Part shown: one piece after another, positions 49,219 to 58,800 of the stretch
Layout: the number at the start of each line of letters is the position of its first letter
How positions within the stretch are numbered: the first letter of the stretch is position 1
Assembly: GCA_003104935.1 (NCBI GenBank)
Contig: PQAE01000002.1
Span: 67,527 to 131,526, forward strand
Reading direction: 5' to 3'
DNA: 64,000 nt
Origin: Parcubacteria group bacterium
GTDB lineage: Bacteria > Patescibacteriota > Patescibacteriia > UBA1558 > GWA2-36-10
The notes under the pieces: generated by a model
What the model was told of the DNA's origin: nothing
Databases searched by the model: none
Seen by the model: only the letters and a program-made list of their open reading frames with translations
Made by a program: the position numbers and the translations under genes

Positions 49219-49743
49219 ATACTGAACAAAAAACCAAATTGGCAATCTGCCGGACGCCAATATCGCGTCAACGAGCAGATCCGCAGTGCTCAGGTCGATG
49301 TCATCGACGAAGACGGCACCCGGCTCGGTATCTTGCCCACCAGGCAAGCTATTGATCTGGCTTATGAAAAAAATATCGACCTGGTCGAGGTCTCTCCCCT
49401 GTCCGATACTCCCGTCTGCAAGATTATGGACTACGGTAAATTCCTTTACCAACAGCGCCGTAGCCAGCAAAAAAATAAGGTCCTGGATACCAAGGGAGTG
49501 CGTTTGACCTTTAAGATGGGCCAGCATGACCTGGATATCAGAAAAGCTCAGGCCGAAAAATTTTTATCCAAGGGCCATAAGGTGCGGGTGGAGCTCCGCC
49601 TGCGCGGTCGGGAAAAAGCTTTCCGCAATCAGGCCAAAGAGCTTATAACTAACTTTATCAATCAACTTAGTACTGGCTACAAAGCCGACAAGAGCATCGA
49701 AATTATGGGACCGACCCTGAGCATCCTGATTTATAAAAAGTAA
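49219..49743 (+). CDS. infC: Translation initiation factor IF-3 (non-canonical start)
   Basis: The frame extends upstream to YRVNEQIR. After in-frame stops at 49207-49212 only ATA (49219) or CTG (49222) can start it. DLVEVSP, CKIMDYGKF, GHKV. Confidence 0.92.
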   Translation: MLNKKPNWQSAGRQYRVNEQIRSAQVDVIDEDGTRLGILPTRQAIDLAYEKNIDLVEVSPLSDTPVCKIMDYGKFLYQQRRSQQKNKVLDTKGVRLTFKMGQHDLDIRKAQAEKFLSKGHKVRVELRLRGREKAFRNQAKELITNFINQLSTGYKADKSIEIMGPTLSILIYKK

Positions 49744-49749
49744 ACTTTT

Positions 49750-49944
49750 ATGAAATTAAAGACCAAGAAATTAGTTGCCAAGAGAGTGCGCATCACCCGC
49801 CGCAAAAAAATTATGATCCGCCCCGGTGGACAGGATCATTTTAATTCCCGCGAAAGCGGCAAGGTCACCCGCAATAAACGGACTGACAAAACTATTGCCG
49901 TGGTCAATGCCCGCAATATCCGTCGGCTTTTGCCTTATTCCTAA
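49750..49944 (+). CDS. rpmI: 50S ribosomal protein L35
   Basis: KLKTKK..AKR, H, LLPY; lies between infC and rplT. Confidence 0.9.
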   Translation: MKLKTKKLVAKRVRITRRKKIMIRPGGQDHFNSRESGKVTRNKRTDKTIAVVNARNIRRLLPYS

Positions 49945-49962
49945 TATTAACAATACCAAATT

Positions 49963-50307
49963 ATGCCTAGAGTAAAACGCGGTACCACTCATGTTAAACA
50001 CCGCAAAAACATATTAAAAAAAACCAAGGGCTTTAAATGGGGACGGAAAAATAAAATCCGCGCCGCTAAGGAAGCCATTCTTCATGCCGGGGTCAATGCC
50101 CAGCGCGACCGCCACCGCAAAAAGAGGGTACACCGCGCTCTCTGGCAAACCAAACTTAATGCCGCTCTGCGGCCATTGGGATCCAAATACTCTACTTTTA
50201 TTGATCAGCTTAAGAAAAATAAAATAGCGTTGGACCGCAAAGTGCTTGCCCAACTAGCCGAGCATAACCCCAAAGTGTTTGCGGCTATAGTAAAAGAATT
50301 AAAGTAG
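49963..50307 (+). CDS. rplT: 50S ribosomal protein L20
   Basis: MPRVKRG, R.LW..KLNAA, LDRKVLA.LA. Confidence 0.96.
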   Translation: MPRVKRGTTHVKHRKNILKKTKGFKWGRKNKIRAAKEAILHAGVNAQRDRHRKKRVHRALWQTKLNAALRPLGSKYSTFIDQLKKNKIALDRKVLAQLAEHNPKVFAAIVKELK

Positions 50308-50315
50308 TAAATTAT

Positions 50316-50738
50316 TTAAAAAATCTGTCCTGAGCGAAGTCGATGGGCAGTTTTTTTTATTTTACTTTTTAAACTTAATGGCGCCTGTTTCAAAAAAATA
50401 ACCATACCCAGGTAGACGCCGATAGCATCGATAAAGATATCAATCGGACTGCCCTTCCGGCCGGGTACATAGACCTGATGTTGCTCGTCCGATAGAGAAT
50501 AAGCAATAGCCAGCACTACTGCTCCGGCCACAGCCTCATTTTTGCGGCTGTTTAAACCGCGGGCAATTAAGTAGCTTAAAACAGCATACTCGCTGATATG
50601 GGCCAGTTTGCGGGAAATCAGGTCATAGAGACTGGGTAGGCTACTTTTTAGATCCGGTATTGACGATAAATAAAATATCAAAACCGCCCAGATGATGGCG
50701 CAAATAAAGTATCTATATTTTAACTTGATACTAGGCAT
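50316..50738 (-). CDS. VanZ family protein
   Basis: IFYLSS, RKLAH..EY, SDE.HQ..VPGR.....D...D..G. Confidence 0.9.
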   Translation of the reverse strand: MPSIKLKYRYFICAIIWAVLIFYLSSIPDLKSSLPSLYDLISRKLAHISEYAVLSYLIARGLNSRKNEAVAGAVVLAIAYSLSDEQHQVYVPGRKGSPIDIFIDAIGVYLGMVIFLKQAPLSLKSKIKKTAHRLRSGQIF

Positions 50739-50774
50739 AATTGATATAAAGTATAGCAAAAAATGACTGATTTT

Positions 50775-50807
50775 AAAACCCTGTCGCGTCAGACGCGACA
50801 GGGTTTT
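50775..50807. terminator. Palindromic terminator
   Basis: AAAACCCTGTCGCGTC-A-GACGCGACAGGGTTTT. Confidence 0.75.
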
Positions 50808-50829
50808 GTGGGCCGTTGTAAGCCCCTAG

Positions 50830-52161
50830 TTAGAGGACCTCTTGACCCAGAGAGGCCAGAGGAGAACGTACGGTGTCGTGAAAGGTAACAATCCCCACGA
50901 TGCGATTGCCGACCATCTTCTTGATGGCATAGGCCAGACCGCTGGATCGCCGGTCTACGCGAGACCGATCAATCTGGTCCAAATCGCCCGTGAAGACAAT
51001 CTTAGTATCCCTCCCCGCCCTAGTGATGATCGTTTTGATCATGTGGGGCGTCAAGTTTTGAGCCTCGTCGATAATCAAATAGACATGATGATAAGTCATG
51101 CCCCGAATGTAATCCAGGGGTTCCAGGATCAGACCGCCCCGGTTACGCATCTGATCGATCGTCTTTTGGTTGGACCGGCCGTCAACCTGCCCTAAGAAAA
51201 CTAGAGCTTGTTCGATCGGCCGAGCCCAGGGGCTCATCTTTGCTTCTTCATCACCCGGCAGAAAACCCATCCGATCGACATCTTCCAGATGAATCATAGG
51301 CCGCGTGATAACGATGCGTTTGTAGTGTTGCTTCTGCTCCAATCCGGCGGCCAAAGCCAGCAGAGTTTTACCGGTCCCGGCCACCCCTTCCAGGAAGACT
51401 AGTTGGACGTCACGATCCTTGAGTAGCCCCATGGCCGCGTGTTGGGTCCAGTTGGCCCCATTGCCGTTCATGGAAGCCGGCCGCAAACCGACCAGGTCAA
51501 TATCCGGGGGCACGATGTGGAAATTCCTTTCCTTACGGATAGCCACAAAGCGCTGGCCCCAGACACTGCTTTCCTGAACTTCCGGATCGTAGTCACTCTC
51601 GCAGATCACTGCTTCGTTGAGCGCGACACCCTCATGTTCCGCCGAAACAAAGGGGAATGTCTCGCCGTCTTCAGAAATCTGGTCGATCGAGACCCTGACT
51701 ACTTTCATCGGCTCATGGAAAAGAGGCCCTACCTGGTTATGGCGATAGTCGCCTACCTCCATATTATAGCCCAAATCCCTGGCCAACAGACGGAGAGCTG
51801 GGTCGCGAGAAACCAACTTGACGTTGTCGTATCTATGTTTTTCGCTGTTCAGAGATCGGGCGGCCGCTAGGACCTGGTGAGCTGGATCATTTCGGTTGAG
51901 ATATTCCAGACCGGAAAAGTCCGGATTCTTCACCATTTGCAGGCTACTGTCGTTTTTGGTTCGGAGAGCCTCCAATTTTTCGATGGCGGTCAGAGCATCC
52001 AGACTAAAGTCCGGCTTATTTCTGAGCTTACCCAGCTCAATGACGACTGACCAGGGTACGATCAGAGTATTCCGACCGTCTTCCAGCAAAACCTCGATGG
52101 CATCGGGGTCGTGGATCAGCACACTGCTATCCACGATGATCGCGTTTCTGGGCATCCACAC
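50830..52161 (-). CDS. PhoH2-like PIN-PhoH ATPase
   Basis: N-terminal PIN (VDSSVL, SRD..LR) plus GVAGTGKT, GFLPG, RGMT, DEAQNL, GD..QID. Confidence 0.92.
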   Translation of the reverse strand: MWMPRNAIIVDSSVLIHDPDAIEVLLEDGRNTLIVPWSVVIELGKLRNKPDFSLDALTAIEKLEALRTKNDSSLQMVKNPDFSGLEYLNRNDPAHQVLAAARSLNSEKHRYDNVKLVSRDPALRLLARDLGYNMEVGDYRHNQVGPLFHEPMKVVRVSIDQISEDGETFPFVSAEHEGVALNEAVICESDYDPEVQESSVWGQRFVAIRKERNFHIVPPDIDLVGLRPASMNGNGANWTQHAAMGLLKDRDVQLVFLEGVAGTGKTLLALAAGLEQKQHYKRIVITRPMIHLEDVDRMGFLPGDEEAKMSPWARPIEQALVFLGQVDGRSNQKTIDQMRNRGGLILEPLDYIRGMTYHHVYLIIDEAQNLTPHMIKTIITRAGRDTKIVFTGDLDQIDRSRVDRRSSGLAYAIKKMVGNRIVGIVTFHDTVRSPLASLGQEVL

Positions 52162-52324
52162 ACCTTCCCTTCGTCAGCAGACGGAAAACTGAAAAAACAC
52201 CTGACGTTTTCCTCAAAAATCATTTAAAGGTACCAAAAAGTCTCTATACTTTACTGGCAAACTAATCTTTTGTCAAAAAAAATAAAGGACTTAAAAAATC
52301 CTTTTTCCCGGCTTTTTTCGGATA

Positions 52325-52699
52325 CTACTTTAAGGATCTTTTCACTTTTTGCACTACCTGTTCTAGTGTCCAATCCGTCTTAACCAGATAATCCAAAGTT
52401 TTGTCCTGGCTCAAAGTGGACTCCCGGGGCACGTTGGAGAGATTGGTTAAAATAATGACCTTAGCTTCTTGACCCCAGGAATCTTCCCGGAGCTTGGCCA
52501 GCATGGTCAGACCGTCCATCCGGGGCATGATGATATCCAGCAGAATTATATCCGGATGTTCGGCCAAAGCAATGTTTAGACCGTCTAAGCCATCGTGTGC
52601 CGTCAGTACCTTAAAGTCTTGAGAAAACTTATGCTTTAAAGCCATGAGTTGAGGAGCCTCGTCTTCCACAATTAAAATTTTATTCTTGGTCTTGGCCAT
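52325..52699 (-). CDS. Stand-alone response regulator receiver
   Basis: IVEDE, LLDIIMPRMDG, LTN, YLVK. Confidence 0.92.
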   Translation of the reverse strand: MAKTKNKILIVEDEAPQLMALKHKFSQDFKVLTAHDGLDGLNIALAEHPDIILLDIIMPRMDGLTMLAKLREDSWGQEAKVIILTNLSNVPRESTLSQDKTLDYLVKTDWTLEQVVQKVKRSLK

Positions 52700-52706
52700 A
52701 TGAATA

Positions 52707-53090
52707 TTATAAAATACCCTTTATTTCGGAAATAATATCGTCTAACTTATAATTTGCTTTAGTAAAATATTTATTGACACCAAGATTTAAATAGGCCGAA
52801 ACTTTTTGCTCGCTGGCCGTATTGGATACTACAAAAATCGGAATATTTCTAAAGGAGCTGTTTTCTTCCTTGACTTTTACGACAAAATCCAAACCACTTT
52901 CCTTTCCCAGAAGATAGTGATCTACCCACAAACAAGCGATGTCTTTTATAGTTTCAAGGTATTGCCAAGCTTGACCTGCTGAGCGAGCAGTAACGGTATT
53001 AAAACCTTCGTGTTCAAATTTATCTTTGATGATGCGCTGTAGCGCCATCTCGTCTTCTAAAATCAAGATGCTTTTTTTGATATCGGACAT
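52707..53090 (-). CDS. Stand-alone response regulator receiver
   Basis: ILEDE, WVDHYL, VSN, YFTK. Confidence 0.88.
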   Translation of the reverse strand: MSDIKKSILILEDEMALQRIIKDKFEHEGFNTVTARSAGQAWQYLETIKDIACLWVDHYLLGKESGLDFVVKVKEENSSFRNIPIFVVSNTASEQKVSAYLNLGVNKYFTKANYKLDDIISEIKGIL

Positions 53091-53111
53091 AAAATAATAT
53101 AAATTAATTAT

Positions 53112-55835
53112 CTATTCTCCTTTATATTCTAAAGTCTTACTCCCCTCTTTTTTGGCCACCCCCTTGAGCGGTACGGTCACATAAAAAATACTGCCTTTGT
53201 TTTCGGCGGATTCAAACCAGACTTTGCCGCCAAACTGATCGATGATCGCCTTGACTATATAGAGACCCAGTCCGGTACCGTCTGTCTCTTTGACCCGGGC
53301 ATTATCCGCCCGAAACAATTTTTGAAATATCCGGGCCTGGTCGCTCTTGGGGATACCCATACCATTGTCCGAAACCGCGATCTGCGCCTCGCTACCGGTA
53401 TTTTTTATTTCAACTGTTATCTTTCCTTTTTCCGGGGTGTATTTGACGGCATTGCTGATATAATTTTGCAAAACTATGCGGGCCAGCTTGGGATCGAGAC
53501 TAATCAGGGGCAATTTCGGATCATATTTTTCCGTAATATTTAATTTTTTCTCCACGACCTTGGGCTTCATTTCATTGACCACACTTTTTGCCAAATCAGA
53601 AAGCTTGGTGGGTTCGGGATCAATGGCTAAGGTACCTAGTTCTATACGGGAAACATTGAGCAAGGCATTGACCAAAGCCACCATACGCTGGTTACCCTTA
53701 TAGATTTCTTCCATGTATTCTTTTTGGTTTTTATTGATTTTGCCGGCATCACCGGCCAACAACATCTCGGCATACCAATTAATGGCCGACAAAGGCGTCC
53801 GCAGTTGATGTGATGCCAAAGAAACAAACTCGGTTTTGGCTTTATCAATTGCTTTAAGCACGGTCACATCGCGGGCAATTACCGAGATAAACATTGGTTT
53901 TCCGCCCTTATCGTGAACCGGTGAAACTGTTAGAGTAACGTCAATAACGGTACCATCTTTTTTTAGACGTCTGGTATCAAAATTATCCAAACGAATATTC
54001 CGCTTAGCTTTAGCCAATATTTCATCTAGTTCCTTAAAAAGTTCTTTGGGTATGATAATGTCTTTGATGTCTCTGCCGATTGCCTCTTTAGCGCTATAGC
54101 CATAGATATTTTCCGCTCCTTTGTTCCAAGTAAGTATTTTTCCATTAAAATCTTTGGTAATAATAGCCTCACTGGTATCCCGCACAATACTAGCCAATCG
54201 CTCATTTACTTCGGCGATCTTTTTTTCACTAGTAATATCCTGCTCTATACCCACAAAAAATTTTACCCGTTTTTTTTCATCTAAAACTGGCGAAATACTG
54301 GCTAAGGCAATATAATGTTCTCCATTTTTTCGACGGTTGTTAATCTCCCCACTAAAAGTCCTCTTCTGAGACTTGATCGTCTGCCATAATTTTTTATAAA
54401 AGTCCTGTGACATTAATCCGCCCCACAAATCTTTGGCTCCGGCTTTTTTGCCAATTACGTCATTTGGTTTAAAACCGGTGATTCTCTCCACTGCTTTGTT
54501 AGCATAAAGAATCAGGCCGTCTTCATCTGTAATAACAATATGATCCGAAGCGTCTGCTACCGCTAATTTAAACTTTTCCAAATCTTTGGCCACTTCCACG
54601 TATTTAGCGGTACGCTCGCGCACTTTTTTCTCCAAGCCACGGTACAAGGTTTCCAATTTTTCGGTCATATCGGCGAAGGTCTGCACTAATATTCCGGTCT
54701 CCCCCTCCGAAGCTAATATTTTTTTATCAAAACTTACCCTTAAATTTCCTTTGGAAATATCCGCCGCAATTTTGGTCAGAGCGGTAATCGGGCGAGCTAT
54801 GTTACTGGCAAAAAATATCGCTACTAAAATCAAAAAAATAACAGCAATAAAAGTAATTATGATATCGATACGAGCCAGAGCAACCAACGGCGACATGGCC
54901 TCACTAAGATCAATTTTAGCCACCAAACCCCAATTACGCGAAGGTATAAACCTCCAGGCGGCTAAAACCTCGTGACCGGCATAATCAGTACTCAAACCTG
55001 CTCCCGACCGACCCTGCACCGCTTCCATAGCCGGCTTAGCCGCATTGTTTTCCGCTCCGGAGCTAAAGCTTAGAGCGGCGTTTGGATTATTACGCAAGGG
55101 GCTCAAAAACAGAACCCGGTTACTAAATCCTTCTTTAGCCAAACCATGGGGAGTATCCGTGGCACTATTAAATTTCCGCACTATAAATATTTCTCCGGTT
55201 TGCCCCAACTCGGAAAAAACTTGAATCTTTCTGTAGAGCTCTTTGGCGTTTATCTCAATCACCACGATGCCTATAAAATCACCGTTAAAGTCCTTGACCG
55301 GGGCCCCGACCAGAAAAACGACAGAGTGGTCATATTCCTCGTCGGCAAAAAGGTCAGAAATATAGATATTATCTCGAGCATTTTGAAAAGTCAGGTTTCC
55401 CGGATCAGGCAGGACGCCGTCTAAGAGCTCACTGCTATTCTTTTCGTCGGTGGTATAGACGATGCGGCCTTTAGGGTCAGTCAAAATAATTTCCATGACA
55501 TCGCTACGATTTTTATGCCAGGCAGATAGCTGTTGGTTGAGGATATCCTTGGCCTGCAAATATTCGGCACCGGACCGATCACCAGCTAAGCGGGTGATAA
55601 TGGGTAAATTAACCTTGATATTATAATAATCCTGCACGATAGCTATCTGCGACTGCAAATCTTGTAAATATTCCTTGGTAATATTTACTTTGGTGTCGGC
55701 GATAGTTTCCAGAGTGGCGGTGACCTTATTGGTCAAAACCTGGCGGGAATTAGAATAATTTATATACACTAAAAATATCAGCGGCACTATAGCCACTAAC
55801 AGATAGGATAAAATCAACCGGGTTCTGATTTTCAT
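53112..55835 (-). CDS. Cache-HAMP-PAS-PAS sensor histidine kinase
   Basis: Two TMs, HAMP, two PAS, ASHQLRTP H-box, N/G1/F/G2 boxes. Confidence 0.95.
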   Translation of the reverse strand: MKIRTRLILSYLLVAIVPLIFLVYINYSNSRQVLTNKVTATLETIADTKVNITKEYLQDLQSQIAIVQDYYNIKVNLPIITRLAGDRSGAEYLQAKDILNQQLSAWHKNRSDVMEIILTDPKGRIVYTTDEKNSSELLDGVLPDPGNLTFQNARDNIYISDLFADEEYDHSVVFLVGAPVKDFNGDFIGIVVIEINAKELYRKIQVFSELGQTGEIFIVRKFNSATDTPHGLAKEGFSNRVLFLSPLRNNPNAALSFSSGAENNAAKPAMEAVQGRSGAGLSTDYAGHEVLAAWRFIPSRNWGLVAKIDLSEAMSPLVALARIDIIITFIAVIFLILVAIFFASNIARPITALTKIAADISKGNLRVSFDKKILASEGETGILVQTFADMTEKLETLYRGLEKKVRERTAKYVEVAKDLEKFKLAVADASDHIVITDEDGLILYANKAVERITGFKPNDVIGKKAGAKDLWGGLMSQDFYKKLWQTIKSQKRTFSGEINNRRKNGEHYIALASISPVLDEKKRVKFFVGIEQDITSEKKIAEVNERLASIVRDTSEAIITKDFNGKILTWNKGAENIYGYSAKEAIGRDIKDIIIPKELFKELDEILAKAKRNIRLDNFDTRRLKKDGTVIDVTLTVSPVHDKGGKPMFISVIARDVTVLKAIDKAKTEFVSLASHQLRTPLSAINWYAEMLLAGDAGKINKNQKEYMEEIYKGNQRMVALVNALLNVSRIELGTLAIDPEPTKLSDLAKSVVNEMKPKVVEKKLNITEKYDPKLPLISLDPKLARIVLQNYISNAVKYTPEKGKITVEIKNTGSEAQIAVSDNGMGIPKSDQARIFQKLFRADNARVKETDGTGLGLYIVKAIIDQFGGKVWFESAENKGSIFYVTVPLKGVAKKEGSKTLEYKGE

Positions 55836-55883
55836 AAAAAATATTTAGCTGAAATATTTTTGACGTTTACCACTATTAACTTC

Positions 55884-56927
55884 TTACGGAGTAACTACGC
55901 CCGGATTATTCTGATCAACTAAATAATTAATAAACGTGGGATCTACCATAGTGTCAGTATTAATCACTTCTACCTTATTACGTTCCTCGGCTACAAAGCG
56001 GCCAATCTTGTCCAGCTGGAGATAGAGCGATTGCGGATCATTTCCCGGAGCAAAGATCGTGGCGTTATCGGTGAGATCCAATAATTTTAATCCCTGAAGC
56101 TGACGCTCTATGTCGCTGGCGCTAATTTTAAATTCTTTGGCTAAGATAACGGCCGCCTGGTCAGGATTATTTTTAACAAAATTAAGGGCTTGAAAATAAG
56201 CCGTCACTATAGCCTGGACAGTTTGCGGGTTGTTTTCAACAAAATCTTGCCGGAAAGTCAAAATGTCGGTGATTAAACCAGGCGCATCTTTTGAAGAGGT
56301 TAAGATGTGCAGATCAGGATCGCTAGCTAATTCGGAAAGAAAAGGCTCGTGGGAAACAGCCACGTCGACCTCACCTCGCTTCAGCATCTGGGCGGCTTCA
56401 TCGGGATTGGCCTCGACCGCGGTGATGTCGGACAGGGTCAGATCAGCTTGTTGCAGAGCCCAACTAATAAAAAACTCTTCCAGCGTCCCTTTTTCGAAAG
56501 CTACTAGTTTGCCGGACAGATCTGTCAAAGCAACGATTTTTTTACTGGCAACTATAGCATCAGCGCCGGCTGAATAATCGATGGCCAGCACGATATTTTG
56601 CTTAAACCCGTCTAGCGATTCATTTACCGCCTCCAGACTGATATTAGCCCGACCCTGCATCTTACCGGCTTGATAATCACCGGATAACTGACTGAGGTCT
56701 TTGTAGAGTTTAACGTCTACATTGAGCCCCTGGTCACGGAAAAACCCCTGGCTCTCTGCCACGTAAAGAGCGACGTAGCCCGGCCAGGTTTCGGTACCGA
56801 TAGTAATAGGTCCTTCAAATAGCCGACTTTTAGTGGCGTTTTTATTTTGTCTAAAATAAACAAATCCGCCCGTTATCAGCGCTATGGCGATAATTATTAT
56901 AATTACTGGTAATAATTTATCACGCAT
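55884..56927 (-). CDS. SsuA/NMT1-like substrate-binding protein
   Basis: WPGY...YVA...GFF, D.S.GAD, GEVDVAV..EP, GLI.D. Confidence 0.88.
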   Translation of the reverse strand: MRDKLLPVIIIIIAIALITGGFVYFRQNKNATKSRLFEGPITIGTETWPGYVALYVAESQGFFRDQGLNVDVKLYKDLSQLSGDYQAGKMQGRANISLEAVNESLDGFKQNIVLAIDYSAGADAIVASKKIVALTDLSGKLVAFEKGTLEEFFISWALQQADLTLSDITAVEANPDEAAQMLKRGEVDVAVSHEPFLSELASDPDLHILTSSKDAPGLITDILTFRQDFVENNPQTVQAIVTAYFQALNFVKNNPDQAAVILAKEFKISASDIERQLQGLKLLDLTDNATIFAPGNDPQSLYLQLDKIGRFVAEERNKVEVINTDTMVDPTFINYLVDQNNPGVVTP

Positions 56928-56929
56928 AG

Positions 56930-57373
56930 TTATCTAGTAGCGCTGATGGTCGCTCCTTGTTCGGCGCTGGGTGCCAGGACCGTTACCCGGTTATTGGCTG
57001 ATTTTTGTATCTTATAGCCGGTACCGTTGGTGGAAGAGCCGGTCGGATCCAACGGAATAGAAGTAATATATTTTTCATTGAGTGTCAGCACCGACAAGTC
57101 AATCAAACCCACACAAGAAGCACTGGTTTTACAAACCTCTACCTGGGCATTTGTAATCGATGCCGGTATTGAGCCGTTATCTATAGAATATTGATAAACG
57201 GCATTGAGAATAGTATTGACATCGGCCCGGCGCTGAGCATTACGCGTCTCCCCTAATTGCTTGGTGGGGTTAATAGCTAAGATAACGATACCGGCCAAAA
57301 TAGAAATGGCCGCTACTACTAAGAGGATCTCAATCAAAGTGAAACCCTTTTTTCCCTGAAGTAATTTTCTCAT
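56930..57373 (-). CDS. Type IV pilin (paralog 3)
   Basis: KKG^FTLIEILLVV prepilin cleavage motif. Confidence 0.93.
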   Translation of the reverse strand: MRKLLQGKKGFTLIEILLVVAAISILAGIVILAINPTKQLGETRNAQRRADVNTILNAVYQYSIDNGSIPASITNAQVEVCKTSASCVGLIDLSVLTLNEKYITSIPLDPTGSSTNGTGYKIQKSANNRVTVLAPSAEQGATISATR

Positions 57374-57411
57374 AAAATAATGTTAAAAATTATTTAAGTA
57401 TTTGTTAAATT

Positions 57412-57849
57412 TTATCTAGTGACGCTGATAGTGATCCCTAGTTCGGCCATGACCGCAGCCACCATCACCCGGCCGCCGGCGGTCTTCATGACCACATAAC
57501 AGGTGCCATTAGGGTTACAGGTAGCACCGGGATCATGGGGGATAGCGGTTAGATATTTTTCATTTGTAGTCAGCACCGAGAGGTCGGCCAGCCCAGCACA
57601 AGTGCCGCCGGTCTTACATATTTCCAACAGCCCGGTAGTGATAGAGCTCGGTAGCGCACCATTGTTATCAATAGCATATTGATAAACCGCGTTGAGGATC
57701 GTATTAACATCGGCCCGGCGCTGAGCATTACGCGTTTCTCCCAGTTGTTTACTGGGATTAATAGCCAAAATAACGATACCGGCTAAAATAGCGATAGTAG
57801 CCACGACTAGTAGGACTTCGATCAAAGTAAACCCCTTTTTATTACAAAT
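57412..57849 (-). CDS. Type IV pilin (paralog 2), ATT start or start-less
   Basis: KKG^FTLIEVLLVV; no ATG/GTG/TTG between the upstream stop and the cleavage site. Confidence 0.8.
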   Translation of the reverse strand: MCNKKGFTLIEVLLVVATIAILAGIVILAINPSKQLGETRNAQRRADVNTILNAVYQYAIDNNGALPSSITTGLLEICKTGGTCAGLADLSVLTTNEKYLTAIPHDPGATCNPNGTCYVVMKTAGGRVMVAAVMAELGITISVTR

Positions 57850-57877
57850 AAATTTATTTATTAAAAATATTAAAATT

Positions 57878-58345
57878 TTACCTGGTAACGCTGATAGTGG
57901 CTCCTTGCTCGGCTGAGGGAGCACAAACTGTTACTCGGCCATTGGCGCTCTTGGACACATAATAACCAGTGCCGTCAGTTGATGAAACTGTAGGATCAAT
58001 CGGCAGAGAAGTTAAGTATTTTTCGTTAGTCGTTAAAACAGTCATCGCCACCCCGGCCGAACAGGTGCCGGAAGCCGCGCCTTTACAAACCTGATTAGCC
58101 GCTACCAAAGCACAGGAACCAGTCGGTATAGTGGGCAAAGTACCGTTATTATCTATAGAGTACTGATAGATGGCGTTTAAAATAGTATTGACATCGGCGC
58201 GGCGCTGAGCATTTCGCGTTTCTCCCAGCTGTTTACTGGGATTGATAGCAATAATGACAATGCCGGCCAAAATACCAATCGCCGCTACGACCAATAGGAT
58301 TTCCAAAAGAGTGAATCCGGATCGTTTTTTAAAAAATTTAGGCAT
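57878..58345 (-). CDS. Type IV pilin (paralog 1)
   Basis: RSG^FTLLEILLVV. Confidence 0.93.
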   Translation of the reverse strand: MPKFFKKRSGFTLLEILLVVAAIGILAGIVIIAINPSKQLGETRNAQRRADVNTILNAIYQYSIDNNGTLPTIPTGSCALVAANQVCKGAASGTCSAGVAMTVLTTNEKYLTSLPIDPTVSSTDGTGYYVSKSANGRVTVCAPSAEQGATISVTR

Positions 58346-58374
58346 AATTTTTTTAATTAATTATTTATGTAAAT

Positions 58375-58797
58375 TTATAACTCCCCCGCTTCCTGCCAGG
58401 AAACCACCTGGATCAAGGGGGTGATTTGGTTAATAATAACTTTAGACTTACGGATTATCAGTCCGACCGTGCTGGAAGCTACGATGGTGCGATTAGATCC
58501 ACCCTGGCTAGTCACGGTATAAGTGCAAGTTCCCTGGCCAAGCGACAGATTACCGCTACCGGTATACGCGGTGCTACTGCGAATCTGTTGCAGACCTTCC
58601 TCGGCGCAAGCATTGACCAGAGCCTTGGCCTGATTTGACTGTTCATCGGCAAAACTAGTGCGGGAAGATCCTAAACCCAATAATATCATCGAAGTGACTA
58701 TGGCTATGCCCACGGCGCTCACTACCAAGACACTTAGTAAAGTCACATAGCCGTTACGATTAATATTATACCATATTTTGTACCTATAACGTAGCAT
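58375..58797 (-). CDS. PilX-like minor pilin
   Basis: NG^YVTLLSVLVV (no E5), A..CAEE, SWQE end. Confidence 0.75.
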   Translation of the reverse strand: MLRYRYKIWYNINRNGYVTLLSVLVVSAVGIAIVTSMILLGLGSSRTSFADEQSNQAKALVNACAEEGLQQIRSSTAYTGSGNLSLGQGTCTYTVTSQGGSNRTIVASSTVGLIIRKSKVIINQITPLIQVVSWQEAGEL

Positions 58798-58800
58798 TTT

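Noticed and set aside
50830-52161. PIN-PhoH as a novel toxin system
   Set aside because: PhoH2 is a known family, no antitoxin neighbour is seen, and one PIN acidic residue looks substituted.
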